Assembly (NCBI GenBank): GCA_964016885.1
Contig: OZ024743.1
Span: 182,280,001 to 182,344,000 of the forward strand
Origin: Eledone cirrhosa
Lineage: Eukaryota
Length of the DNA: 64,000 nucleotides
Reading direction: 5' to 3'
Shown here: positions 51,752-63,537 of the stretch, piece by piece
How positions within the stretch are numbered: the first letter of the stretch is position 1
Layout of the letters: the number at the start of each line of letters is the position of its first letter
Notes under the pieces: model-generated
Seen by the model: the letters and a program-made list of their open reading frames with translations, nothing else
Database searches by the model: none
Told to the model about the DNA's origin: nothing
Position numbers and translations under genes: made by a program

Positions 51752-53025
51752 TCAGGTCGTTTTTCAATGCTATTTGTAACATGTATCCTAGTACAACCTG
51801 CACATGGTTGGGTCGTCGGCGTCTAAACCAGTAACCCCACCAAGCTTGCTTGGTGAGGAGGGTGATTTTGGACACCCTGCGGGATGAAAAACAAAACCCC
51901 TCAACAGGCGGAGGAACTCAGGAAAATCAACAACCATCCAATAAAGTTTTATTTTTTCATTACGGAGAAGGTCACTCTGGTATAAAACCTGCGACTTCAT
52001 TTACATCCAATGATGTAGACCAGTTCTACCTTTTGGGTAAATGCATTTGATGTTCAAAGAGAGGGATTGGCCCCGTACAAAGGCATTCCTCACTTTCAAA
52101 CGCTTCAAGCATAGGCATCGCTTGATATGTGACATTTTTTGCGATGCATAGTATTGCTGGCCATAGGCAAGTCCCTAGCAGGACTAAAAAGCCACGTCCG
52201 TGATGTTCATGCTTAAGTATCAAGCGAAGATATTACACAAAATTGAGTTACAGTCATCATGTATGTATTCGCCACCACCTTAAACAATTGGAGCGTTTCC
52301 ATCAGATGTGTCTCAGACAGATCATGGCGTTCACTGGAGGGACTACATCAGTGATGTCGAGATTTTGGAAAGCTCTCTGTGTGAAAGTATAGAAGCTCTT
52401 GTGCTTAAGCAACGACTCCGTTGGAGTGGTCACCTTGCCAGGATGAAGGATTCTAGAATACCAAAACAACTCTTTATGGAGAGTTAGTTAAAGGAAAACG
52501 ACCTCCACATAAACCAAAAAAGAGGTGTAAGGATTCGTTGAAAGCCTCTTTGAAAGAAGCTAACATCTCTGCTGATACATGGGAAAGCATAGCTGCTGAT
52601 CGTAATAAATGGAGAAAGACTGTACATGAGGGGAAAGTTGCCTTTGAGGCATCTCAAATCGCATACGAGAAAGTAAAAAGGAATGTGAGGAAGGGCATTG
52701 CTGTTGCATTTCCAGACAGTGAAGGTCCTCCTATGGTGCTGACATGCAGTGTCTGTGGGAGACTCTGCCACAAGTCATCTTCGCAGTCATAAAGTGAAAT
52801 CAACGGTGGACTACCAGGCTGCTGTTGGAGATGCTACTCATCATGCCTGCCAAGCATGTGGAAGAGAGAGTAGATCAGCAGGAGGGCTCAAGCGACATGC
52901 AAAAGAACACGAACTCCAACCACAGCCGGCTACTGCCAGTGAATGTTTTGGTTGCCAACTCTGTGCAAGACATTTTAGATCATTGTTTGGGCTAAAAAGC
53001 CTAATTCGATCGCAGTACTGTTAAT
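51752..53025 (+). mobile_element. Internally deleted RTE-clade element: 5' region joined to the RT C-terminus and C2H2-like fingers
   Basis: RTE-type 5' motif GGAGAAGGTCACTCTG. From ~52260: LERFHQMCLRQI, RLRWSGHLARMKDSRIPKQL, CSVCGR, CQACGR..GGLKRH, CQLCARHF. Confidence 0.8.
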
Positions 53026-53202
53026 TGTTATTGTGGTGTGTATATGTGTATGTATATGTATGTGTATATGTATATATAGATATGTATATGTGAATGTGTA
53101 TGTATGTGTGTGTGTGTGTATGTATATATATATATATATAATTTTTTTTTTATGTGTGTGTATATATGTATAAAAAATTATATATATATATACATACACA
53201 CA

Positions 53203-53276
53203 TTGTATCGTCCTGTACTGTTCTGTGCTGTCTGTAATGTTTTTCTTCACGTTAGCCCTTGTGGCCAATAAAGAAA
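53203..53276 (+). mobile_element. Isolated 74-bp 3' end of the Tx1-like family
   Basis: 69/74 identical to 58886-58959. Confidence 0.9.
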
Positions 53277-53530
53277 CCATTATTATTATTATTATCGGTC
53301 TGTTCAGACGCTTTTTGCTCGCTCCCAGTAAGTCGCTTTAAGTGCCTGTTAAAATTATTTGTTGTTAAATATTTCTTGTTGTGTAAGGGATATAAGCCCT
53401 TAGACATTGCCCTGTGAAGGGGAAAGTCTAATATTTGAGCCTTTTGGCCTAAATATTTGAACATTTTACTTTTCAAAATTATTTTAAAAAAAGAAACATG
53501 GCTAAGCCACGCTCCCCCCCTCCCCAGCAA

Positions 53531-55497
53531 TATGTCCGCTGTTGTATGACAACGGCGTAAAAGTTGAGAGGAGGGTTAATGAAATTCTTACGACAGACAC
53601 CACCACAAACAACGTGAACAAAGACAACACTGAGAACACGAATTTTGAAAACATTACCACACCAACTACAAGAACAGCGTCAACCAAAATGCGGACAACA
53701 GAAAAAAATGACAACAAATGCAACAGCGATATTAACACCACTAACAAGAAAATAAACAACGACAACACCAACAGCAACAATACAAATTGCACCGAAAACA
53801 ACAACAACGGTGGCACCAAAAACACAACCAACTACAGCAGTGATAACAATAACAACACCAACAACACCGTTTGTAGCAACAGCAACAGCACCAACAACAG
53901 CACCAACAACAAGACCAGTAGCGGCAGCAATAATGGTGCTGCTGAAAAAGGGCCCACTTCTTTCACAGGTGTGGCTCGAAAAATAGAGACAGTGCTAGTC
54001 ACGGAGGAGGAGATGGCAGTCGCAAGGGCCATGGTATCGAGAAACGACAATAGAGTTTCCCTGAAACCTCCACCCGATTTCTTCAAAGACCAGCAGCTGC
54101 GCACGGTGACTTACCGCACCGTAAGCAAGATGTCACATCGGGTGGAGAGAGCCACAGAGGCTCAAATCCAAAAGGCCTTGGGGTGCGTCCGGGCGCTCAA
54201 AACCCACATCACCCGAGGCAAAAAGTACGCCACAGTAGATGTACTTTTCGCCACCCCCAAGAAGCGAAGTCTCACTCTTTGGAAACCCTAAAGAGTGAGG
54301 AGATAGTCTTGGTGCCCTCCTAGTGCGGGCAGAAAATTGTGAGGGTCAAAGTGACCCAGGTCCCGCCCGATGTGCCCATACCTTGGCTGGCCGCATCTGT
54401 ACTGGCTGGAATCGAGGAGAAGACCACCATACTGCAAATACAGAGAATGGAAAGATAGAACTGGTCAGAAATAGGCATGCAAATGCTAATACAGACTGAT
54501 CAGGAGTGCATCAAGGCCATCCCAGACATCATAGACCTCGAAGAAGGGCTCCAACTCCCTATAAGTATGGAAGGAAGGCACCCATAGTGCTATCTCTGTG
54601 GGCAGAAGTGTCACCTCAAGGCTTTCTTCCCGCAGAAGACAGCCAAGAAGAGGCCCCCCCCCTCCTTCCGACGCCTGATCCGCTACTACCAAGAGCAGAG
54701 CAGGCAACAGAAGCAGAAGACCCTTCCATGGTGAGTAGGAGGGCAATGTCCATGGCACCCATACCAAGGCCATGGACAACTAAAGCAGCGGCAGCAGTGG
54801 CGGCAACACCAACAGTCGCAGTAGCCACACCGGCGGCAAAATTGCCGGAGTGGGCTCCACTACCACCACCAACAGCAGTGGAGTTCATACACCTCCCAGA
54901 CGCCACGGAATCCGACATGGAGTATGAGGTGGGAGGGAAGTGGCAAATGGTCTGCCACAAAAAACAAAAGAGGAAAAACCCCTTAGCTTCACCCTCCAAA
55001 AGTGAAGGCAGAGAAAGAGGGGTAAAGGCTGCAAGGAGACTTGCAGCAACACCACCACCATCACCACCACAAGCATCACCACCAACAACAACCACACCAC
55101 CACCAGCATCACCAAAAACATCAACATCGCAAACACAACAAAACACACACACCCAACAGCAACAAGAAAATGGCAACAAAATCACCCCTCCCGCCAAAAG
55201 TACACAGCCATAAACATGGCAAATAAAGAACTCATACAACATATAAAGCAGCACACAGACATCACAGAAAAAAACTACTACACCCCACCAACACCAAGAA
55301 CTCTCCTGACAAACATAAGCATAATTGAAATCAAAATAGAACATTACAAACTATTAAAAGAAAAATTCCCCAATGCAGTTGGAGACTTCAGAGGGTCGGT
55401 TACCAAGAGGATATACACCGACATCCTCTTGGAAACACCCATGACCAGCCAAAGGGATGGTTCTACTGTCCCTTCACCGCACGATCAAGGTAAGTGA
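53531..55497 (+). pseudogene. Tx1-like ORF1 (gag-like), disrupted
   Basis: N/T-rich N-terminus, RRM-like block (ITRGKKYATVDVLFAT), degenerate knuckle CYLCGQKCHL at ~54590 and P/T-rich C-terminus. Frameshifts and stops. Confidence 0.7.
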
Positions 55498-55529
55498 TCC
55501 TTTCTCACTTGCCCCATTTCTCATCCAAC

Positions 55530-58500
55530 ATGGTTGTACTTAGAATAGGCAGTATAAATGTACATGGCCTGGGGTCATCTTGGAAGCAGGGTCACCTGCT
55601 CAACGACCTCAGGTCACTAAACATAGATGTGGTGGCCATCAGTGAGACCAGAATCTCCGAAGCACGAGCCTTCGCACTGATCTTCGACGGCTACAGTGTA
55701 TACGCATCTCCCAGCCGTCCAGGATCAGGGGGAGGAGTGGCAGTGCTTTTTCGGAGAGGCTTGGATCTCGCGATACGGGCCATCTTCCTGAACCCAGACG
55801 GTAAGTCGGTGGTGCTGGACATGACCGGCAGCGAAGGCAATGCTTTCAGGCTAGTAGCCGTCTACGCCCCATCAGGGGCAAGATGGCCAGATTTCTTCAG
55901 ATGTCTAGAGACCTTTCTTGGAACCTCCCGCTCTTTAGTGTAAGTGGGTGACTGGAACGGTATCTTAGATGCATGGTGGGATTAAGCCTCAACAACCTGC
56001 TCAGACGTTTTGAACTGTTTGACAGGTATAGACTGGATTATCTGAATCTGCCAATGTGGATGTGGGCAAACCGCATCGGGTCGTCCATATTGTATTTAGA
56101 TAGGGTATTCTGTAGGGAAACAGATAAGGCTAGTGTAGGTTGTCCACAATTTAAAGTAGCCGACTACACGGACCACAAGTTTGTGATCTGTGAAGTTGAC
56201 TTAGATAGACTCCATAGGCAAGGGCCCACCTACTGGAAGCTGAACGCGTCGTTCCCGGCGTGCAAAGCTTACAGAGGCCGGATTAGCGAATTAGTTAAGC
56301 GTGCGTTGACGGGTGCGATCGTCAACAACAGGTGGTGGTTTACCCTGAAAAGGGCTATTAGAGTAGAATCGATAAGGTTTAGCAAAGGAGTAGTGATAGA
56401 GGAAAATAGAGTAGAGGGAGAGTTAGTTAGAAAGCTAGAAGAGGTGTTTAGGACAGGCATCGCAACCGACGTGCTTGCGGCGAGATTGGCACTCGACCAA
56501 TTCTTCAACGCAAAGCAGGAAGGCTTGTTGTCAGAGCTAGAGCACGTGCTCTAAGACAAGAGGGGACAAAAGCCGTTCAATGGGCCCAGGTGGTGGAGGC
56601 GCGACGTGGCAACAAGTCCACAATTTGGTCATTGCCTGATCAAAACGGGCACATGTTACTCGAACCCGAGCAGATGTGTGCGGCTTTTCAACAGCAATTT
56701 GCTCAATTATTTGGGAGCAGCGGCGGGCCGGATTGGAGTATGGACTTCGGTGCTGTGAAAAGCCGATAACAGCAGGTGAAATACGGGAAGCGATGTCTGA
56801 CTGCACGAGGGGTAAATCGCCAGGTTTGGATGGTCTACCCTATGAGCTTTCTGCGTATATGCCAGACTTGTTCGGCGACCCCTTGGCAGATGTCTACTGC
56901 AAGTGGAAGCAAAACAGGAGCATTCCCAGTTTTGTGAGCCAGAGAGTGGTGGCGCTGCTGAGAAAAGACCCGAACAAGGGGAACGTTATAGACAACTTCA
57001 GGCCCATAACTCTGTTAAACGCAGAGTTTAAGATTTTGGCCAAGGTGTTAGCAAAGAGATTGGCGCTTATCGTAGGTGATCTGGTGGGAGAGGCGCAGAC
57101 ATGGGTCAACCATTGGTACCTGGCTGCGGTTCTCGAGGCGGCCGGCTTCGGGCCCGTTTTTAGGGGCTGGATTGCTGTGATGCACAGCGACATCTGCTCG
57201 ATTGTGAAGGTGAATGATTACCTGTCGCAGCCTTTCAGCATCATGCGCTCGGTCCGCCAGAGTTGCCCCCTCTCATCCCTCTTGTACGTACTGGCCCTAG
57301 AGCCATTACTGCACAAATTGGAGATGATGAGGGGGGTCTCACGACGTCACCGTGGTGGTGTTGAGCACCAAACACGTCCAGATGCTTGGCACCACTCTCA
57401 AGGAATACAAAGCAGTGACAGGAGCAAAGACAAAAAGTCTGTGGGCTTGCAACTCGGCACCTGGAGAGGCAAGTCCATGCTGTCCGACAGCGTCGTGGGG
57501 CACTGGGCGGAAGGACTGGTTAAATTGCTCAGGGTCTGGTTCGGTCCGGACCTCCAGATGGAGAAAAACTGGAGCAAGGTGACGAGCAGGGTGGCCTCTC
57601 TCACCCAGAAATGGGCCAAGAGGAGGCTGTCTCTGAAAGGTCGGGTGGAGGTTGCGAATGCGTACATAGCATCCGTCATCTGCTACCGCCTGACCATCGT
57701 ACCTTGCCCCCCGCCCAACTCTGACCAAAATGGAGAGCCTTCTCTTCCGCTTTTTGTGAAAGGGATGTGCTTCCATGATCAGACGATCCATTTACTGTCA
57801 ACACCTGTTGCGTGGAGGACTAGGCATGTCGTGGCTGATGATGTGCAAACATGCGCCGAGGCTGCAACATCTCTGGTGCTTCCTTGACGGTGAACAGGTG
57901 TGGTTGCAGTTTGCCAGACACGCTTTTCCCCAGCTCGTCTCCTTGACGGAGCTGCAGTCCTGGATTAAGAAAAGACTGCGGGATAGCACTTGGAAGCTGG
58001 AATGTCTCCAAGCACTCACCGCCTTCTACCAGCTGGGCACTAGTATCGGTGGAACATCCACTTTGGCGTTCTATAGAGGGCTAGTGGAGGGAAAGAGCGA
58101 CGACGTTCTCGGGGAACCCTGGGCGTCGAAGACGATCAGCTGTTCGCTCTCTTCAGGAAAACTTTCAGACCGGGGCCTATGGACAACTTCCAGAAATCCC
58201 TGGCCTGGCAGTGCTACCGGGGAGCATTGCCAGTTCGGGATAAGCTCTACAGGCATGGAGATGCTGTCAGCCGAGCCTGTCCGGGATGCGCACAGGGTGA
58301 CAAAACCGTCCTGCATGCACTCGTTCAGTGCCCGAGGATTGCTGACTTGTGGAGCTATGTCGAACAGCTGCTGTCGCATCTAGGACGGATCCGGTTATCG
58401 ACTGAGTCCATCGTGCAGATAGCCCCGCCCTCCTCCTTTAAAGAGCAGGAAGGGCAGGCAGTTTTCATCTGCCTGGTGGCCATGGCAAAAGAGATTGTAT

Positions 58501-58697
58501 GGTGGACAAGGTTGAAAGGGTTGAAGACGGACACTTTCCTCTTCGGCCAATCCCTGATTACCTTTTTCAAGTTTCACTTGAAGAGGAAAATTAGGGTGGA
58601 GAAGCAAGTGCTGTCTTCTAGTAAGTTTGTTGAAAGGTGGGTGAAAGTGGCGAGTCTGGTCCGAGTGAACGGGCCCGCTGTGAGTATGCGCCTGTAG
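55530..58697 (+). pseudogene. Tx1-like ORF2 (AP endonuclease, reverse transcriptase, CCHC), disrupted
   Basis: IGSINVHGL, ISETR, VYAPSG, GDWN, YLDRVF, TDHK; GKSPGLDGLPYE, NFRPITLLNAEFKILAK, VRQSCPLS; CPGC...HALVQC. The KAFD and YADD blocks appear deleted or damaged. Confidence 0.9.
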
Positions 58698-58960
58698 ACT
58701 GAGAAATGGGAAAACTGAGAGAGGGCGCTTGCCCTGGTTGTCAGGGTGACCATGGCTTTTTTGTGTGGTTTTTGCCATGAGTAACCCTCGGAGGTTTCCC
58801 CCTTTTTTGTGAATTTTTGTTGTTTGAATTTTTTGGATTTCTAGCCCAATTTTGTTATAACCTGTTTACACGACCAAAGCCCACTTTGTATTGTCCTGTA
58901 CTGTTCTGTGCCGTCTCTAATGTTTTTCTTCATGTCAGCCCTTGTGGCCAATAAAGAAAG

Positions 58961-59548
58961 CATTACAGTGCATACTTTCTTTTCCCTGTCCCATATCATT
59001 ATATCTGGTCTGTTATCTCTGCATTTTATTGGAGTTTTTACTGGAACATTCCACCAGTACTCTTTCATATTATGTATATGTCTTCCACATTGCTGTAGCG
59101 CTTAATGTGTTTATTATCGGGGCTATCTTTTCTACGGAGTGCATTGTACAGTGTTTTGGCCACTACATCATGCCTCACAGGTAGATAGTACCGTGATGAC
59201 ATCTTTGGACAGCTGCTTATGACATGGGTGACATCTTTGATGTTAATTCTGCAGAGTTTGCATTTGTCATCACATCTAGGTGTTTTGCCTGCATTCTTAT
59301 CTCTTTTGTGAATCAGGTATTTCGTGTTGATTCACTGTTCTTGGATTGCAAAAGCGTTTCCTTCAAAGTGGGAGCCAATATAGCGGTTGTTGGTCCAAGA
59401 TAGACTACTTTCTTTATCTCTATTACTCTCACTCTGGAGCTTCCTAGCAACATATCCATGCATGATTTTTTGCTGATAAGCACACAGTTTTTCATCCATG
59501 GATTCACTGCGATACTGCTGAGCGACTTACCTGGGTGTGAGTTTTTGA
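58961..59548 (-). mobile_element. R4/Dong-like (restriction-like endonuclease) LINE fragment
   Basis: FEGNAFAIQEQ*INTKYL, CKLCRINIKDVTHVISSC, RHDVV and WWNVPVKTPIKCRDNRPDIMIWD. Confidence 0.85.
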
Positions 59549-59648
59549 TATGTATGTATGTATGTATGTCTGTATGTATGTATGTATGTATGTATGTATG
59601 TATGTATGTATATATATATATGTGTGTGTATGTATATGTATATGTGTG

Positions 59649-59695
<47 letters not shown>

Positions 59696-59752
59696 ATGTA
59701 TGTATATATGTGTATGTATGTATATGTGTATGTATGTGTGTGTGTATGTATG

Positions 59753-59784
<32 letters not shown>
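59549..59784. repeat. (TATG)n compound microsatellite
   Basis: Direct inspection. Confidence 0.95.
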
Positions 59785-59785
<1 letters not shown>

Positions 59786-60250
59786 TTTCTCTTTCTCTTA
59801 ATTTTGAGTATATTTTTTTTGACCGGCCACCTTCCTGGTGGCAAGGTTGTAAAAGAAAAGAAATTGTCATCCCTTGAATCGCAAGAATGTTTTGCATATT
59901 TTGAAGGTGCCAGCTATCGCAGCCATTTGTAGACTATGAATTAGGGAGCTGCGCTTTTTGTCCACAAATCCAAGTTCGGTCATACTTTGGTCCAAGCGGG
60001 TTGGTATATAACCCGTAGCACCAATAATGATGGGTATGAAGCTAAAGTTGTATCTTGGATACTGGATTTGTAAGCTCCTCATCAGTGGTCCGTAGATGTC
60101 CTCCTTCTCCTGTATTTTTCTGACAGCGTTTACATCAAGTGGGCAGCTGATCTCCACAACAGAACACGTTTTCAATGTGTGGTCCCAAACTACAATATCA
60201 GGCCGGTTGTGCTTTAATCTGGTGGCAGTTTTTATTTTCAGGTTCCACCA
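59785..60250 (-). mobile_element. R4/Dong-like LINE 3' end (RLE domain and 3' UTR)
   Basis: WWNLKIKTATRLKHNRPDIVVWD...VEISCPLD...KIQEKEDIYGPL...IPIIIGATGYIP; (TATG)n on both sides. Confidence 0.87.
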
Positions 60251-60328
60251 GTATGTATGTATGTATGTATGTATGTATGTATGTATGTATGTATGTATGT
60301 ATGTATGTATGTATGTATGTATGTATGT

Positions 60329-60785
60329 AGGGCAAAGGAGCTCTTAAGAGTCAATGGCCATCCAAAATCACCGGGAGAGATGACCCCTTAGCCTTTGTCA
60401 AGGCAGAATTCTAGGAGAAGGAAAACTCTGATATAACACCTGCAACCCTGATGGTATCCAATGATGTTGACTTGTTCTTCTTTTTGGTAAATATCATCTT
60501 GGTTAAGAGAGTGGGACTGGCTTTGTGCAATGCCTTTGCTCACTATAAAAGCTTCACGGCACAGGCATTGCTTTATATCTGGAGATCTCTCTGCACTTGT
60601 CGTCACATGGTACCATGGGCCCAACACTATGTGTCAATAATTGTCACAAGTGTAGTCTTTGTGCCAGAGTTTTCAAGTCGCTGGCTGGACTAAAAAGTCA
60701 CACTCGTTCAGCGCATCAGTAGGGGTTCTCCTACATGGATATAAAGTAGTGGCCGTACTCGAAAACGAGTTGGCAGCCACCATGT
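60329..60785 (+). mobile_element. Short bipartite RTE-derived element (5' region plus extreme 3' end)
   Basis: CTAGGAGAAGGAAAACTCTG...ATCCAATGATGTTGAC is homologous to 51960-52130. The 3' part reads CSLCARVFKSLAGLKSHTRSAH*; (TATG)n on both sides. Confidence 0.75.
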
Positions 60786-60957
60786 CTGTATGTATGTATG
60801 TATGTATGTATGTATGTATGTATGTATGTATGTATGTATGTATGTATGTATGTATGTATGTATGTATGTATGTCTGTATGTATGTATGTATGTATGTCTG
60901 TATGTATGTATGTATGTATGTATGTATGTATGTATGTATGTCTGTATGTATGTATGA
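60786..60957. repeat. (TATG)n microsatellite
   Basis: Direct inspection. Confidence 0.95.
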
Positions 60958-61119
60958 TGTAATGTCAAGGTAGATAACTCTATATTTTAACTATTTTGTA
61001 ATTTTCAATTCATTTTCATGCTTCTCATTATGTCTGTGTATGTGTGTATTATTCTTTATATGTATGTAGAGGGGGGCAGCATGTTTCTATCAATTGAATT
61101 AAAATTTAAAATATTTTAA

Positions 61120-61214
<95 letters not shown>
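61120..61214. repeat. (CT)n(AT)n microsatellite
   Basis: Direct inspection. Confidence 0.95.
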
Positions 61215-61216
<2 letters not shown>

Positions 61217-61284
61217 CATGTAAAGTTATGTTGGTGCCACAACATCCAGGCCGAAACAAATGAGATCGTGTAGGTGTCACGACC

Positions 61285-61694
61285 AAAAAAAAACACACAG
61301 TCCACGCTGTAAATGTGGTTGGTGTTAGGAAGAGCATCTAGCTGTAGAAAACCCGCCAGACAGTCCACGCTGTAATGTGGCCGTGTAGGCAACACGGTAA
61401 AAACCTCCCAGTTCCACACTGTAAATGTGGTTGGTGTTAGGAAGAGCATCTAGCTGTAGAAAACCCGTCAGACAGTCCACGCTGTAATGTGGCCGTGTAG
61501 GCAACACGGTAAAAACCTCCCAGTTCCACACTGTAAATGTGGTTGGTGTTAGGAAGGGCATCCAGCTGTAGAAAACCCACCAGACAGTCCTATGCGAGCA
61601 AGACAACCACTCTTGCCTCAAGTGGGAAAACTCCCGTCTAAACCCATGCAATCGTGGAGCATGGACGTTAAACGATGATGATGATGATGATGAT
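61285..61694 (+). mobile_element. SINE 3' half with an internal 112-bp tandem amplification
   Basis: AAATGTGGTTGGTGTTAGGAAG at 61311, 61423 and 61535; ends GGACGTTAAACGATGATG. Confidence 0.85.
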
Positions 61695-62649
61695 ATATAT
61701 ATATATATAAGTTTATCCCGGGTTCAATCGGGGGTAACCACAGTAAGTAAGGTACTCAATACATAGCAGAGTATTAATATTTAATATAGAAATGGCTTCT
61801 ACAGGACTAGAACTGTTTCATTAAAAAGAAATCCTTTCTATATTAAACTTGATATATGTATTTGCATGTTTGATAGAAATTTTAATGTTTCTTTCTTACT
61901 TCTGACTTCCCTGCGTGTGTTTTTATATGTGTGTGTGTCTAGGTCGTCTATCTCCCCCCCAAAACGTATTAAATGAGCGGCGCCAAAACGGCAAAGACAA
62001 TCGTTCCATTCCACTGCCCTTAACCACTGGCTGCACACATACCAGACCCATTGACCATCTTACACAACAAAGCAAGAATATTCAAAATGAAACCTCACAT
62101 ACATACAGAAATACATATATTTTATTCACAGCTGACGTACCTAGCTTCGCTTGGATAAACAGACGATAAGCCGTCTGTGTAACTATTTGTTGAAACGGCA
62201 AGATCTCAGCCGTCGGGCCCCGACTCTATCTGATATAGTCATACTCTACTATCCTAAGTATCTAGTACTCTGTTCAATAATGGCCTAATTACTTTAAAAC
62301 TGGTTCAATGTTGGTATATAAGGCGGGATGGTCACAGCTGGAATGTATTTGCTTGATTACTGCTGACCACAGACTAAACAAACTGCAACACTGACAGAAG
62401 AATGCAGTAACTCTGAAGTAACACTTTGTTCAAATCTTGTGGCCAACACAAGACGAAACACAACACATGTGATAAATGGCCTCAGTGGTTATACGACCTA
62501 CTCTAACTAGCAGCCATACAATATCTCTCTGGAATCATATCTCATGGAGCTTCACTCACAGAAGTTGATTCAGCAGCTAGCTTGACAGCCGAAGTAGGTA
62601 GTAGTAACAACTATCACTGCCATTAACAAGAGGAAGGCAACGACAGTCA

Positions 62650-62719
62650 CAGTGACAATAACAACAACAGCAACAACAGCATATATGTGTATACACCATC
62701 ATCATACCAGCAATCACCA

Positions 62720-62761
<42 letters not shown>

Positions 62762-62762
62762 A
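62650..62762. repeat. (CAA)/(CAT)/(CTA)n trinucleotide repeats
   Basis: Direct inspection. Confidence 0.9.
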
Positions 62763-63537
62763 AGTCTTATGCTCAATCCTTATAACAATTGTGTTTGTTT
62801 CAAGCGAGGGAGTCAGGGCCTCTATGCGGTTGCTTGACCTGCTGGAAGCGGCGGCCAAATCTCTTTCAAGTCACACCACACCATCCTGAATTGAAGAAGG
62901 ACTCTTTTATCGACAGCTTCGGGCCCCAGTTTGATGCCAATCCTGTACTAAACAAGGGTGGGTTCCGGGGGGAAATATGTGCTGGGATTGAGTGAACAAT
63001 TTGTTCGTGATCGCACGTGACACACATATCGTGAACGCATCACATACATGTTTTTTGCTCCACGGTCTCTGACACTTCTCGAAACTCTTCAGTTTTGGCT
63101 TCCTCTCTTCAGTGCTTTAGCATCTTTCGGCTCCAATTTTGCACTTCTGTCGAATTTGCTGCTTTGAATGCATGTACGCACACACACACCATCCATCTCG
63201 ACACTTCTTTGTTTCAGTGCATCTCAGGACCTCGGGCTGCTTTTTCAATTTTAGACCTCCTCTCTCCTTCGTCTTAGTGACTCACTGCCCTGAAAAAAAA
63301 AAGTTTTCTCTTTTTTTTCTTTCTCCCCCTTTTTTTTCTTCACTGTTATTGAACATGCTGCTTAGGGTGCCTGGACACACACGGCACTCGTCTCAACACC
63401 ATGTGTACACTCACTCCCAGGCACAGTTTACAATCCTCCATTCTAGCTCGCTCCCAACTTCTTATTCCGTGCGGTCCAGGCATCTCATGTCCTTACCCAT
63501 ATGACGGAAGATTTGATTTCCCGCACCCCTGAACACA

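Larger units (their letters stand above)
53295..58960 (+). mobile_element. Near full-length, inactivated Tx1/L1-clade LINE
   Basis: Two-ORF layout: ORF1 with a CCHC knuckle and ORF2 with APE, RT and CCHC. 3' end GTGGCCAATAAAGAAA. Confidence 0.92.

Noticed and set aside
54616-55344. 242-aa minus-strand ORF and other antisense ORFs within the Tx1 element
   Set aside because: Antisense shadows of low-complexity ORF1 and ORF2 sequence.
61780-61850. Partial hammerhead (minus strand GAAAC-AGTTCTA-GTC) between 13-bp inverted repeats
   Set aside because: No CUGANGA/UUGANAA core or stem II upstream; at most a truncated remnant.
62126-62160. Helitron-like terminus (CAGCTGACGTACCTAGCTTCGCTTGG)
   Set aside because: Short and degenerate, with no matching other end identified.
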